This document shows positions 52,700 to 62,309 of a DNA stretch of 64,000 nucleotides, in pieces. Under the pieces are notes generated by a model that saw nothing but the letters and a program-made list of their open reading frames with translations, was not told the DNA's origin and searched no databases. Source of the DNA: a virus. The translations under genes and the position numbers were made by a program. The stretch's first letter is position 1, and every line of letters starts with the position of its first letter. The stretch is from the IMG/VR virus record IMGVR_UViG_3300045988_127716, positions 30,446 through 94,445 of that record. One strand, 5' to 3'.

Positions 52700-53918
52700 T
52701 ATGGAAAAGTCTGAGAAAATACTAGAGGTAATTGATAAATGGAAAGCTAATAAAGGAAGAGGTTTAGTAGAGTGGCCCACACGTATGGGAAAAAGCCTAT
52801 TAGCTTTAGAAGTTATTAGAAGATTCTTAAATTCTAATCCAAATAAGAATGTTATAGTAGCGGTTCCTACTCAAGCTTTACAATATCAATGGTTCAATCT
52901 ATTATTAGATAAAGGGTTTTATGGTAAATGTAAAGCTTACACATATGATTATATAATTAAAAATATAAAATCATGTGATTTATTAATAGTAGATGAGATT
53001 CATAAATCTGTATCTGAAGTAAATATTAAATTATATTCAATACAATTTAAATTATTACTAGGATTAACTGCAACCTTAGAAAGATCAGATAATAGGCATC
53101 TAAAATTATCTGTTATTTGTCCTGTTATAGATAAAGTATCTAAAGAGGAGGCAATTAAGAATGGATGGATTAATGAGTATAAAGAATATAAATTAATCAT
53201 TGATGTTGAGGATATAGATAAATATAAGGAGCATGATGAGAAATTTCAAAAGTACTTTAATTTCTTTAATCAAGATTTCAATTTGGCTATGTCATGTGTT
53301 AAAAGTAAGGATGTAAGAAGAACTATTACTGATTTCAAAAAATGTAATCCAAAGATAACAGATGCTTGTACATTTGGATTTAACAGAGAATTGAAAGCAA
53401 GAATAGAGTTCATACAGTCCCATCCAAAAAAGACCCAATTAGCTAAGAAAATTTTAGAGAAAAGGAAGACATCGAAAACTATAATATTCTCTCCCACAAT
53501 CGAAATTTCACGTAAATTTCAGGGTTTTTATTATAACTCTAATATGAGTAATAAGGAAAAAATTAGAGAATTGTCAGATTTTCAAAATTGTGTTTCTGGA
53601 GTTTTATCAGCTGTGAATGGGATTACCTTAGGAATGGAGTTGAATGGATGTAATCTAGCATTGATGTTATGTAATAATTCATCTTTTGATGTAAAAGAGC
53701 AGAAGATTGGAAGATTGTTATCTAAAAGAAAGGATGGAATTATTCCAGAAGCTTTTACTTTTGTATTGAAGAATACTGTTGAAGAAGAATGGTTTAGAAG
53801 AAGTACAAAAGAGAATGATTATATAACTATTACAGAAAAAATGTTAGATAGATTGTTAGACGGTGAGGAAATTCTTGAAGAAAGGATTGAAGGACCTATA
53901 ATGTTAAATAATTATTGA
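52677..53918 (+). CDS. SF2 (DExH-type) helicase
   Basis: 413 aa. Motif I WPTRMGKS, Ia VAVPTQAL, II LLIVDEIHK, III GLTATLE. Confidence 0.6.
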   Translation: MIKKKVLNMEKSEKILEVIDKWKANKGRGLVEWPTRMGKSLLALEVIRRFLNSNPNKNVIVAVPTQALQYQWFNLLLDKGFYGKCKAYTYDYIIKNIKSCDLLIVDEIHKSVSEVNIKLYSIQFKLLLGLTATLERSDNRHLKLSVICPVIDKVSKEEAIKNGWINEYKEYKLIIDVEDIDKYKEHDEKFQKYFNFFNQDFNLAMSCVKSKDVRRTITDFKKCNPKITDACTFGFNRELKARIEFIQSHPKKTQLAKKILEKRKTSKTIIFSPTIEISRKFQGFYYNSNMSNKEKIRELSDFQNCVSGVLSAVNGITLGMELNGCNLALMLCNNSSFDVKEQKIGRLLSKRKDGIIPEAFTFVLKNTVEEEWFRRSTKENDYITITEKMLDRLLDGEEILEERIEGPIMLNNY

Positions 53919-54319
53919 TTATGGATAATACTAAGGAATATATTCTATGTGCAGCTGTAAGAAGAAAATCCAAAAGATTCTCTACTAATGGAAGCCCTTA
54001 TTGGGAAGGCACTAATGACATCTGTGATATAGAAATTGGATATAGGCATCATGATATTTATCAAAGATTTAGAGAGGAGATATCTATGAAATCTAAAGAC
54101 CAAGGATTTTACACATCTAAAGGAAGATTTGTAGATAGATATGAGGGGATGAAAATAGCCTATGAAGCTGGTCAATATACTAAAAGAGTATTTAAAAAAG
54201 ATGCTCCAGATATTGAGATTCACTGTATAAATGTTTTACTAGATAATGATGGCTATTCGGATTCAGAAATTAAATTTAAAGACATCTATTTGCCATTATT
54301 TTCCGAAGATTTATATTAA
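53915..54319 (+). CDS. hypothetical protein
   Basis: 134-aa ORF. The minus ORF 53945-54223 is judged antisense. Confidence 0.4.
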   Translation: MIMDNTKEYILCAAVRRKSKRFSTNGSPYWEGTNDICDIEIGYRHHDIYQRFREEISMKSKDQGFYTSKGRFVDRYEGMKIAYEAGQYTKRVFKKDAPDIEIHCINVLLDNDGYSDSEIKFKDIYLPLFSEDLY

Positions 54320-54321
54320 GT

Positions 54322-54519
54322 ATGGAAGAACTTTCAAATAAACTAGACCTAATTATCAAGAACCAAGAAGAAATTAAAACTATGCAGGTTATAGGACTAA
54401 GAGCTCTTAACTATTTAGTTAATCATGAGAAGAGTCCTGATGAGTTTATACAAAACCTAGTAGCTAATGTACTTGGTGATGAGATAGAATGGAATAGAAG
54501 AGGTAAATTTCAAAAATAA
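54322..54519 (+). CDS. hypothetical protein
   Basis: 65-aa ORF. Confidence 0.3.
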   Translation: MEELSNKLDLIIKNQEEIKTMQVIGLRALNYLVNHEKSPDEFIQNLVANVLGDEIEWNRRGKFQK

Positions 54520-54525
54520 AAAAAG

Positions 54526-54972
54526 ATGTTACTATTAGAAAAACTAGACAAGATTTTAGATGTAGAATCTCTAGAAAAGGAAACTAAAGAATCTTTAGTT
54601 GAGTTCTTAAAAGAATTAAGAGATGAAGTTGAAAAAGAGGATAGAAGAATAAAATATCCTTTTGAATTATTTGGCATTGAGTGTGGATATGGGTGGTATG
54701 GACTTATACTTCCTATCTATATGAAAATTACCAAATATAATAAAAACAAACCAGAAAACGAACAAATTCGCATTGATCAGATTAAAGAAAAATTCGGAGG
54801 CTTAAGATTCTATATATCTAATGCTCCTAGAGAGTTTTATGATATGATAGATGAGGCTGAGGAGTTATCTTATAAAGTCTGTGAACTATGTGGTTCTCCA
54901 ATTGATGTAACTACAGAAGGGAGAGGTTGGATCACAACTCAATGTAAAAAGTGTAGAACAAAAAATGATTAA
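54526..54972 (+). CDS. hypothetical protein with C-terminal zinc-ribbon-like CxxC…CxxC
   Basis: 148 aa; CELCGSP…TQCKKCR. Confidence 0.4.
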   Translation: MLLLEKLDKILDVESLEKETKESLVEFLKELRDEVEKEDRRIKYPFELFGIECGYGWYGLILPIYMKITKYNKNKPENEQIRIDQIKEKFGGLRFYISNAPREFYDMIDEAEELSYKVCELCGSPIDVTTEGRGWITTQCKKCRTKND

Positions 54973-55068
54973 TTAGCAACTAATTTTCCATCTGCATATC
55001 ATCTAATACCCTAGAATTAACTGCAGTTGTTTAAGTTGTATTGTCTAACAATATAAATTTAAACATTC

Positions 55069-55722
55069 ATGGAAAAAATCTCTATTGCAATAGATAAGGA
55101 ATTAAATCTATTGACACAATATGGTCTCACTGCTGAGGAATGGTGGATCATAAAGTTGTTATTCCTCGCTAACTATCCAGAAAGTAGAGTACAACCTTTA
55201 GAACAATATTCTAAAATAGTTGGTGGATTAAAGTTAGATATAATAGAATCTCTACAAAACAAAGGAATCTTAAAGAAATTTAAGGTTAAAAAGAATGATC
55301 ATTTAGATATAGATAATCTCCAATTTAATTTCGTAAAAGGAGAAGATGGGAAATCTTATCCAGACATACCTTTCACAGCCAATTTTATCAAGAGCTTCTT
55401 AAAGCACTCTGGTGAATTGGGGAAAGAATTATTCTTAACATATCCAACATTCATTTATATAAATGGACAGCCTGTTGGTGCTAGAAATATCACTACAGGA
55501 AATCACTTTGGTTCTATGGACGACTTCTTTTTCTTTTATGGAAAAACAATTAAATGGAATCCTGAAACTCATACTCAGATAATTAAGTTATTAGAGTATG
55601 CTAAGGAGAACAATTTAATTAATTATAGTATAGCTACTTTTGTTATTAATGAGAAGTGGAGAGAGATTCAAAAGGCTATACAAGAGGGGTTAGGAACTTA
55701 TCAATCTAGTATTCTTATCTAA
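55069..55722 (+). CDS. hypothetical protein (possible helicase-associated N-terminal module)
   Basis: 217-aa ORF. Its stop overlaps the ATG of the DnaB-like exon 1 (taATG). Confidence 0.4.
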   Translation: MEKISIAIDKELNLLTQYGLTAEEWWIIKLLFLANYPESRVQPLEQYSKIVGGLKLDIIESLQNKGILKKFKVKKNDHLDIDNLQFNFVKGEDGKSYPDIPFTANFIKSFLKHSGELGKELFLTYPTFIYINGQPVGARNITTGNHFGSMDDFFFFYGKTIKWNPETHTQIIKLLEYAKENNLINYSIATFVINEKWREIQKAIQEGLGTYQSSILI

Positions 55723-55869
55723 TGGGAGTAATAGATTCATTATATAAAAGAATAGAGGCAGGAAGAGAAGGTAAGAATATAGGTATTCCTACTGGTCTTC
55801 CAGATTTAGATAAATATACATACGGGATACAAAAGGGGTTTATGACTACTATATTTGGTGACAGTGGGT
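55722..55869 (+). CDS. DnaB-like replicative helicase, exon 1 (proposed)
   Basis: ATG 55722 frame reads MGVIDSLYKRIEAGREGKNIGIPTGLPDLDKYTYGIQKGFMTTIFGDSG then …LILSLNVNFQ*. The G.PTG...LD....G...G.L..I.G region of DnaB-family helicases is obvious, but it stops before Walker A is complete. Confidence 0.5.
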
Positions 55870-57085
55870 TAATTTTGTCACTAAACGTTAATTTTCAGTA
55901 AATAATATATTTTATATACATTATTTGGAGATGTCTCCAAATATGTTTATCTTTGTAATTATTAATTTAATTACATTTAAACATGAAAAATGATATAGAA
56001 TATAACATTTCTGGAATTTATAAAATTACAAACATTGTAAATAATAAAATTTATATCGGATCATCTAAAAATATAAAAAATAGATGGTTTAAACACACAG
56101 CATTGTTAAGACATAACAAACATGAAAATAAACATCTCCAAAATGCTTGGAACAAGTATGGAGAAGAGAATTTTAAATTTGAAATTGTTGAACAATGTGA
56201 AGTTGAAGAATTACTAATCAGAGAACAATTTTATTTGGACTCTTTATTATTTGCTCAAGAATTTATATCTAATAAAGATATAAGATTCTATAAACTAGGA
56301 TACAATCAAACCCCTATTTCTAATGGAGATTATAACACTGAGGAATCAAAAAAGAAAATTTCAGAAACTCTTAAAAGAAAATATGATTCTGGAGAAATAG
56401 AAAAGCAACATACTAAAATTGTATTTCAATACAACAGATTTAATGGAAATCTTATAAAAGTATGGGATTGTATAAATGATGCAAATAGACATTATGGAGT
56501 AACTAATCTAAGATCATCTAAAATAAACAGATGTCTTTGGGGAGAAACTCCAAGTGCATTTGATTCCTATTGGTCTTTAGAGCCTATAGAGTTCATATAT
56601 GCTAAAAAACCTCAAACAAAAGAAGGAATAATTTGCGTACAAGATGTGGAAAGAAATACTTATTTTTTTGCATCTTCGTATACAGAACTTGCTGAAATGC
56701 TTGGAGTTCCTGGAGCAAGGAGTACTTTAAAAAAATGTCATGATTCGAATTCTTTATATAAAAATAGATACAAATTTACAATGATTATGGCCCCTATCAT
56801 TTATGATAGCAAACCTTTTGAATTGCTGGGACATCGCGAAGATTTAGAAACTAAAACAGAAGAAGAAATTCTAAATGGAAATGTAAAAAATTCTAAATTA
56901 TGTGATAATCAGCAGCCAAGCTCCTAAGTGAAAATATGGAGAAGGTTCACAGACTATCCTGAAAAGGAGTAGAAATCAAGTGATTTCGAAGCGGAAGGTA
57001 CTACAATATAGTAGTAATGATATAGTCAGAACTTATGTGAAAGCATAAGAGAATATATGGAAACGATATATTCGTAACAAAATTG
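55870..57085 (+). mobile_element. proposed group I-like intron (about 1.2 kb) carrying a GIY-YIG homing-endonuclease ORF, inserted in the Walker A codons of the DnaB-like helicase
   Basis: Exon 1 ends in U (55869). Joining it to ca-gga-aag-act (57086 onward) gives GDSG-S-GKTT, a perfect Gx4GKT P-loop. The proposed intron ends with G (57085). HEG sits 113 nt from the 5' splice site and 158 nt from the 3' site. Exact boundaries are inferred, not demonstrated. Confidence 0.5.
55983..56927 (+). CDS. GIY-YIG homing endonuclease (intron-encoded)
   Basis: 314 aa. SGIYKITNIVNNKIYIGSSKNIKNRWFKH is a textbook GIY-YIG motif. The long C-terminal region is consistent with a DNA-binding domain. Confidence 0.85.
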   Translation: MKNDIEYNISGIYKITNIVNNKIYIGSSKNIKNRWFKHTALLRHNKHENKHLQNAWNKYGEENFKFEIVEQCEVEELLIREQFYLDSLLFAQEFISNKDIRFYKLGYNQTPISNGDYNTEESKKKISETLKRKYDSGEIEKQHTKIVFQYNRFNGNLIKVWDCINDANRHYGVTNLRSSKINRCLWGETPSAFDSYWSLEPIEFIYAKKPQTKEGIICVQDVERNTYFFASSYTELAEMLGVPGARSTLKKCHDSNSLYKNRYKFTMIMAPIIYDSKPFELLGHREDLETKTEEEILNGNVKNSKLCDNQQPSS

Positions 57086-58107
57086 CAGGAAAGACTACTT
57101 ATACATTATTTACTCATGTATATAAACCTTTACAGTTCGCATTAGAAAATCCAAATATTCCAGTGAAGATATTATATTTTTCCTTGGAAATGAGTCCAGA
57201 AGTATTACTAGCTAAGTTATTAAGTTTATTTATTTCAGATCAATTCCATGTTCAAATATCTTATAAAGAAATTTTATCTTTAGGAGGTATTTTGGATGAT
57301 GATAAATTTGAATTAATATGTAAGGCTAAGGCTTGGTTGGAAAGAGTTGTTCAACATTTAACTATTTATGACAAAGCTGTTAATGCAGTTAGAGTTTATA
57401 ATGTAGTTAGAGAATGGGCAGGCAACTTTGGAACTTTTATGGAAGAGGAAAGTATGGAAATCTATGTTCCTAAGAATCCAGATATGTATAAAATTGTCGT
57501 TATTGACCATATGAGGCTATTAGTTGGATCAGATAAGAAAACGGAAATCAATACTTGTGCTGATTATTTAATCAACTTAAGAGATTTATGTAATCTTACG
57601 GTAGCTTTAGTTCAACAGGCCAATAGACAAATTAAATCTATGGATAGAAGAAATGGCGGTTATCAATATCTTCAGTTGGATGATATGGCTGATGCTTCTG
57701 GGCCTGCTCAAGGTTCTGAGGTTGTTATTGGTATATATTATCCTCATAGAGAGAAGAGAACCACTTGTGAAGGTTATGATATAAAGAAATTAAGAGACCA
57801 TGCTAGGATTATTCAAATCCTAAAGCATAGGTATGGAGTCTCAGATGTAATGAAGGGTATATTATTTAGAGGGGAGATAGGGTATTATAAAGAATTACCC
57901 AATCCCAATGATGGAGCCTTAAATTATGATGAGATATTAGATTATAATTATCTGTACATGGACAAACCATTATCAGATAATAACATCCTAGATAAATTAC
58001 CACCATTAGATGAAGAAAAAGATTTTACTTCTACGGAAGATTTATTTAATGATATAGATAGTTCTGATGGAAGTAGTGGGTTAAACTTTAATTTTGTTTT
58101 TGATTAA
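57086..58107 (+). CDS. DnaB-like replicative helicase, exon 2 (RecA-fold domain)
   Basis: Frame open from 57049. Contains …GKTTYTLF…ILYFSLEMS (H1a), KIVVIDHMRLL (Walker B), LVQQANRQIKSMDRRNG (H3), ARIIQILKHRYG (H4). Listed ORF 57163-58107 is the portion after an internal Met. Confidence 0.6.
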
Positions 58108-58796
58108 TGGCAAATTTAATAGGAATTGTAGGAGAATCTGGAAGTGGAAAGTCAACTAGTATTGGATTTCTAAATCCTACTGAGACAGTAGTAATAAGTG
58201 TGGCTAACAAACCATTACCAATTAAAGGATTTCAAAAGAAATATACTCTGTTTGATGGCAAAACCAACCCAAAAGGAAATTTATTTAATAGCTCAAATGT
58301 AGAGCAAATTAGGAAATTTATGCAGTTTATTAGTGATCGAAGACCTGATATTAAGAATTTAATTATTGACGATGCGCAATATCTCATGTCCTTCGAGTTA
58401 ATGAATAGAGCTGAGGAAAAATCTTATGACAAATTCACTCAAATAGCTGCTCACTTTTATTCTGTCTTAAAAGAAGCTATAAACTTAAGACCTGATTTAA
58501 ACATTATTATAATGACTCACTCTGAAAATATTGGAGATGCAATAAATCCTCAATACAAGATGAAGACAATTGGAAAAATGCTTGACAGTGCTATTACTGT
58601 TGAAGGATTATTCACTTATGTAATCTTTACAAGAAAGAGTCTTGATGATAATGATAAACCGGTATATGAGTTTATCACTAATTATGACGGAACTAATACA
58701 GCTAAAACTCCAGCTGGATGTTTTGAGTCACTTACTATGCCTAATAATCTACAAATGGTAGTTGAGGCAATTGATAAATATAATAACGAAGAATGA
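58107..58796 (+). CDS. RecA-fold P-loop ATPase (Sak4-like/phage replication-recombination ATPase)
   Basis: 229 aa. IGIVGESGSGKST Walker A near the N-terminus; Walker-B-like LIIDDAQYL. Confidence 0.5.
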   Translation: MANLIGIVGESGSGKSTSIGFLNPTETVVISVANKPLPIKGFQKKYTLFDGKTNPKGNLFNSSNVEQIRKFMQFISDRRPDIKNLIIDDAQYLMSFELMNRAEEKSYDKFTQIAAHFYSVLKEAINLRPDLNIIIMTHSENIGDAINPQYKMKTIGKMLDSAITVEGLFTYVIFTRKSLDDNDKPVYEFITNYDGTNTAKTPAGCFESLTMPNNLQMVVEAIDKYNNEE

Positions 58797-59542
58797 TAAA
58801 TATTTCATTTGATTTCGATCCAGTTAGTTATTCAGTATCTAATATATTAGTTACAGAAAAAGGCACATCTGGCCTTGATAAGATTGTGGAACAGATGAAG
58901 GAAGTTATTCCTTCACCTACTAAATCTACAACTAAAACTACTGGAAGAAAGAAAAAAGAAAAGAATGAAGATATAATCAAACTTGAAGATAACAAACTTG
59001 TTCTAACTCAAAAATTAATTGATTTATTAGAAGCAGAGCCTGGAGATAGGTTATGTATTAGATTTAAAGATTTTAACGGAGAGTATTTCCCTATTATAGC
59101 TAAGTCGGAAGTATTTGCTGATCCAGAAGCTGGAAATAAACTTACTAAGAGTTTAACAGTTTCTTATAGAGGCAAACAAAGGGAAGAATTAGTTATATAT
59201 GGAGAGGAATTTACATTTGAAGAAACTTTTGAAGGATCTGGAATATGTAAATTAATAGGACAGAACACAATAACAGCAGATGATAAGGTATTTAAAGGTA
59301 ATAAAGACCTTGATTACTATGATGATGAAGATAAAGAAAAGAAGAAATCTAATAAATCTCAGAAGAAAGAAGATGTAGTTGGATTAAATCCAGATACTAA
59401 GTTCTCTTATACTCCAGTTTTACCTAATAGTAAATCTAGAGTAGATTCTTCTGTTAATATTTTAGATTTCGATTTTAATAAAAAGTCAGATAGTAACATA
59501 GATAATCTTTTGAAAGAGATTGAAGGGGTTGAGGATTTATAA
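58793..59542 (+). CDS. hypothetical protein
   Basis: 249-aa ORF with a K/E-rich middle region. Confidence 0.4.
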   Translation: MINISFDFDPVSYSVSNILVTEKGTSGLDKIVEQMKEVIPSPTKSTTKTTGRKKKEKNEDIIKLEDNKLVLTQKLIDLLEAEPGDRLCIRFKDFNGEYFPIIAKSEVFADPEAGNKLTKSLTVSYRGKQREELVIYGEEFTFEETFEGSGICKLIGQNTITADDKVFKGNKDLDYYDDEDKEKKKSNKSQKKEDVVGLNPDTKFSYTPVLPNSKSRVDSSVNILDFDFNKKSDSNIDNLLKEIEGVEDL

Positions 59543-59567
59543 ATATTAAATTTAAATACTATATATT

Positions 59568-60401
59568 ATGAATATGAATTTTGGAAGTGATTTAGCTAAT
59601 AAAGACGTAAAAGCAACAGCAGGTGAATCTAATTTTCTTAAAGGCGATGCTATTTATGATGTAAAATTAAAAGATGTAAGAGAGGAAGTTATTAAAGGTA
59701 AAGAAAAAGATGGTGCTCCTGGTCAGGAATATCATGTATTAGTTATGGAGTTTGCTGAGATAAATCCTGAAACTGGAACTATTGATGAAAATAGTAAAGT
59801 TTATGCTGATAAAACTTTCCCTATTACAGAACAATCTGCAAAGAGAAATACCTTTAAGAGAGTAGTAGATGGCAAAGAAACTGAGATAGAATTACCATCT
59901 ATTTATGAAACTACTATGGCTAAATTTAAGCAATATATGAGCCAACTTTGTCCAGAGTATTATAATAGCTTACTTACTGGTAAGAATAGTTTATCTGGAA
60001 TTAATAGCTGGGATGCATTTAAGAAAGTAATGATCACTTTGTTCTCTAAAGTAATTAAGTCTGACAAAAATCCTTCTTGTAAACTTAAACTAGTTAAAAA
60101 TAAACAAGGATTTGCTACTATTCCAAACTTTGTTGCATTAAATAGAGAAGGACAGTATTATGTTAATAATAACTTCCTTGGAAATGTTGATCTATTAACT
60201 AAAGAGAAAAGAGAAATTGCATTCTCTGACTATGAAATGAGTCAAATTGAAAAGAGAAAGAAAGCAGCTAAAGAAGCTACTTCTACTACTCAATTAATGG
60301 GAATGTCTGCTCCTGCAGCATCTAACACAGCTCCTATTGCTGGAGGCTCTGAAAGTGTAGATCAAGTAAACTTTGATGATATTGATCTAAGCAGTCTTTA
60401 A
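59568..60401 (+). CDS. hypothetical protein
   Basis: 277-aa ORF in the replication module. No motif recognised. Confidence 0.4.
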   Translation: MNMNFGSDLANKDVKATAGESNFLKGDAIYDVKLKDVREEVIKGKEKDGAPGQEYHVLVMEFAEINPETGTIDENSKVYADKTFPITEQSAKRNTFKRVVDGKETEIELPSIYETTMAKFKQYMSQLCPEYYNSLLTGKNSLSGINSWDAFKKVMITLFSKVIKSDKNPSCKLKLVKNKQGFATIPNFVALNREGQYYVNNNFLGNVDLLTKEKREIAFSDYEMSQIEKRKKAAKEATSTTQLMGMSAPAASNTAPIAGGSESVDQVNFDDIDLSSL

Positions 60402-60413
60402 TAATAACAACAA

Positions 60414-61424
60414 ATGGAGTTACGAATATTTCCAGAGAAGTTAACTCAAGAAGAATTATTAAAGCACAATTCTGAGGAGACTTATATGGAACATTATTTA
60501 GGGATTCCAGTAAAAAAAGGACTATTTAAGTCTCCACTTAGGAAAGATAATACTCCAACTTGTTCTTTTTATAGAGATAAAGCTGGAAGACTTATTTTTA
60601 AAGATTTTCGTGGGGATTTTTATGGGAATTTTGTAGAAGTTGTTAAATTTAAGTACAATGTATCATACCATAAGGCATTGGCTATTATAGCCAATGACTT
60701 TGGTATTTTACTTAATCCTGAACTAGAAAAACATAAATCTTGTATTAAAAAATATACTAATAATGTTCTCAAACCATCTGAAGAATCTATCATTAAAGTT
60801 AAAGTAAAAGACTTTACTAAAGAAGAATTAGATTGGTGGGGAAGTTTTGGTATAGGACTTACTACACTAAAGAAGTTTTTTGTCTTCTCTTGTGAAATAG
60901 TATTTCTAAATGATCAGATTTATTCTTATTCCACTCCTACTAGTTTCAATTTTGGGTATTTTTATCCATCGAGAGATAGTAAGAAACAATTCTGGAGGAT
61001 CTATTATCCTCAAAATAAAAAGTATCGTTTCATATCCAACTGGAATAAGACAATGATTCAAGGATTTCACATGATGCCTAAGTCTGGAGAATTCTTAGTG
61101 ATAACAAAATCAATGAAAGATGTAATGTTATGCTATGAATTAGGAATCCCTGCAATTGCCCCGAATTCTGAGAATTTATTTATAACTGAAGCTCAATGGG
61201 ATAATATAGTTATAAAGTTCAGGAAAATTTTTTTATTATATGATACAGACTTAGCAGGAGTATCTAATAGTAAGAGGATTAAAAAGAAATTTCCTAAGAT
61301 TCAAGTTTTACTAATCCCTAGGAAATACAAAGCAAAAGATCTAACTGATTTATATAAGAAGTTAGGAACAGAGAAGATGTTAAATTTAGTTGAAGAAGCT
61401 AAACAATATTATTTAAACCAGTGA
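60414..61424 (+). CDS. DNA primase (Toprim domain)
   Basis: 336 aa. The C-terminal half has a Toprim-like arrangement (…LVITKSMKDVMLCYELGIPAIAP…LLYDTDLAG…) with conserved E and DxD. The N-terminal half has a possible zinc-binding/primase-like region. Confidence 0.55.
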   Translation: MELRIFPEKLTQEELLKHNSEETYMEHYLGIPVKKGLFKSPLRKDNTPTCSFYRDKAGRLIFKDFRGDFYGNFVEVVKFKYNVSYHKALAIIANDFGILLNPELEKHKSCIKKYTNNVLKPSEESIIKVKVKDFTKEELDWWGSFGIGLTTLKKFFVFSCEIVFLNDQIYSYSTPTSFNFGYFYPSRDSKKQFWRIYYPQNKKYRFISNWNKTMIQGFHMMPKSGEFLVITKSMKDVMLCYELGIPAIAPNSENLFITEAQWDNIVIKFRKIFLLYDTDLAGVSNSKRIKKKFPKIQVLLIPRKYKAKDLTDLYKKLGTEKMLNLVEEAKQYYLNQ

Positions 61425-61942
61425 AAGATTTAAGAATTATTATAGATATTGATGATACAATAAATTCCTGGATGGAGTATTATAAAGAATGGTTTGATAC
61501 AGATCATCATCCTTATAGATTGATAGATCATGTGATTACTAGAAATGTTTTTAAATTGAGGCATAATAAGGATTTTTGGTTAAATGTGCCTAAATTAAGA
61601 GATGTTGAATCTCCAATAGTTGCATATTGTACTAAAAGGGTAAATCCAAAATCTTATACTAAAGAATGGCTAAGTAAAAATGGATTTCCAAATAAGCCTA
61701 TTTATCAAATGTTATATCAACACGGTAATAAAGCAAGACTTATCAAAGGCAAATGTGATGTATTTATTGATGATTCAGTATCTAATTTTAAGAGTTGTAA
61801 TGAATCAGGAGTATTTACATTACTAATAGATGCTCCTCACAATAGACATTTCAATACAGATCTTAGGATTTATTCATTAAATTATAATGAAATAAAAGAA
61901 AAGTATGAGCAATTTAGAGAGGACTTTAGCGCTGATATTTGA
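61421..61942 (+). CDS. HAD-family 5'(3')-deoxyribonucleotidase-like protein
   Basis: 173 aa. IIIDIDDTIN matches HAD motif I. Size and layout resemble NT5C-type nucleotidases. Confidence 0.45.
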   Translation: MKDLRIIIDIDDTINSWMEYYKEWFDTDHHPYRLIDHVITRNVFKLRHNKDFWLNVPKLRDVESPIVAYCTKRVNPKSYTKEWLSKNGFPNKPIYQMLYQHGNKARLIKGKCDVFIDDSVSNFKSCNESGVFTLLIDAPHNRHFNTDLRIYSLNYNEIKEKYEQFREDFSADI

Positions 61943-62309
61943 AGTAGATGATCAATTTATAAAGGATATAATTGATCTCCCTGTTTCTGATGATGGTATT
62001 ATGGATGCAAGTGAACAACTTTGTCAAAGTAATGAGTTCTTTGATTGTAGCACTATTGCAAATGCTATATTGAAAGAATATATTATTGACAAAATACTAG
62101 AAGATGAAGATTTTGATAATGAGTTCAATTATTACGATTTATATGTTACGGTATATTGCCCTACTTATTTAGAAAGAAAGTACAAAATTGCAATTTGTAC
62201 AAAAGACTTTCTACTAGAAAAAGTAAGATCTATATTAAATCAAGATAGTATTTTATCTGAACTCATTTCTGAATATGAAGTGATGATCATTTATGATATT
62301 TTGCAATAA
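61905..62309 (+). CDS. hypothetical acidic protein
   Basis: 134-aa ORF. Confidence 0.35.
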   Translation: MSNLERTLALIFEVDDQFIKDIIDLPVSDDGIMDASEQLCQSNEFFDCSTIANAILKEYIIDKILEDEDFDNEFNYYDLYVTVYCPTYLERKYKIAICTKDFLLEKVRSILNQDSILSELISEYEVMIIYDILQ

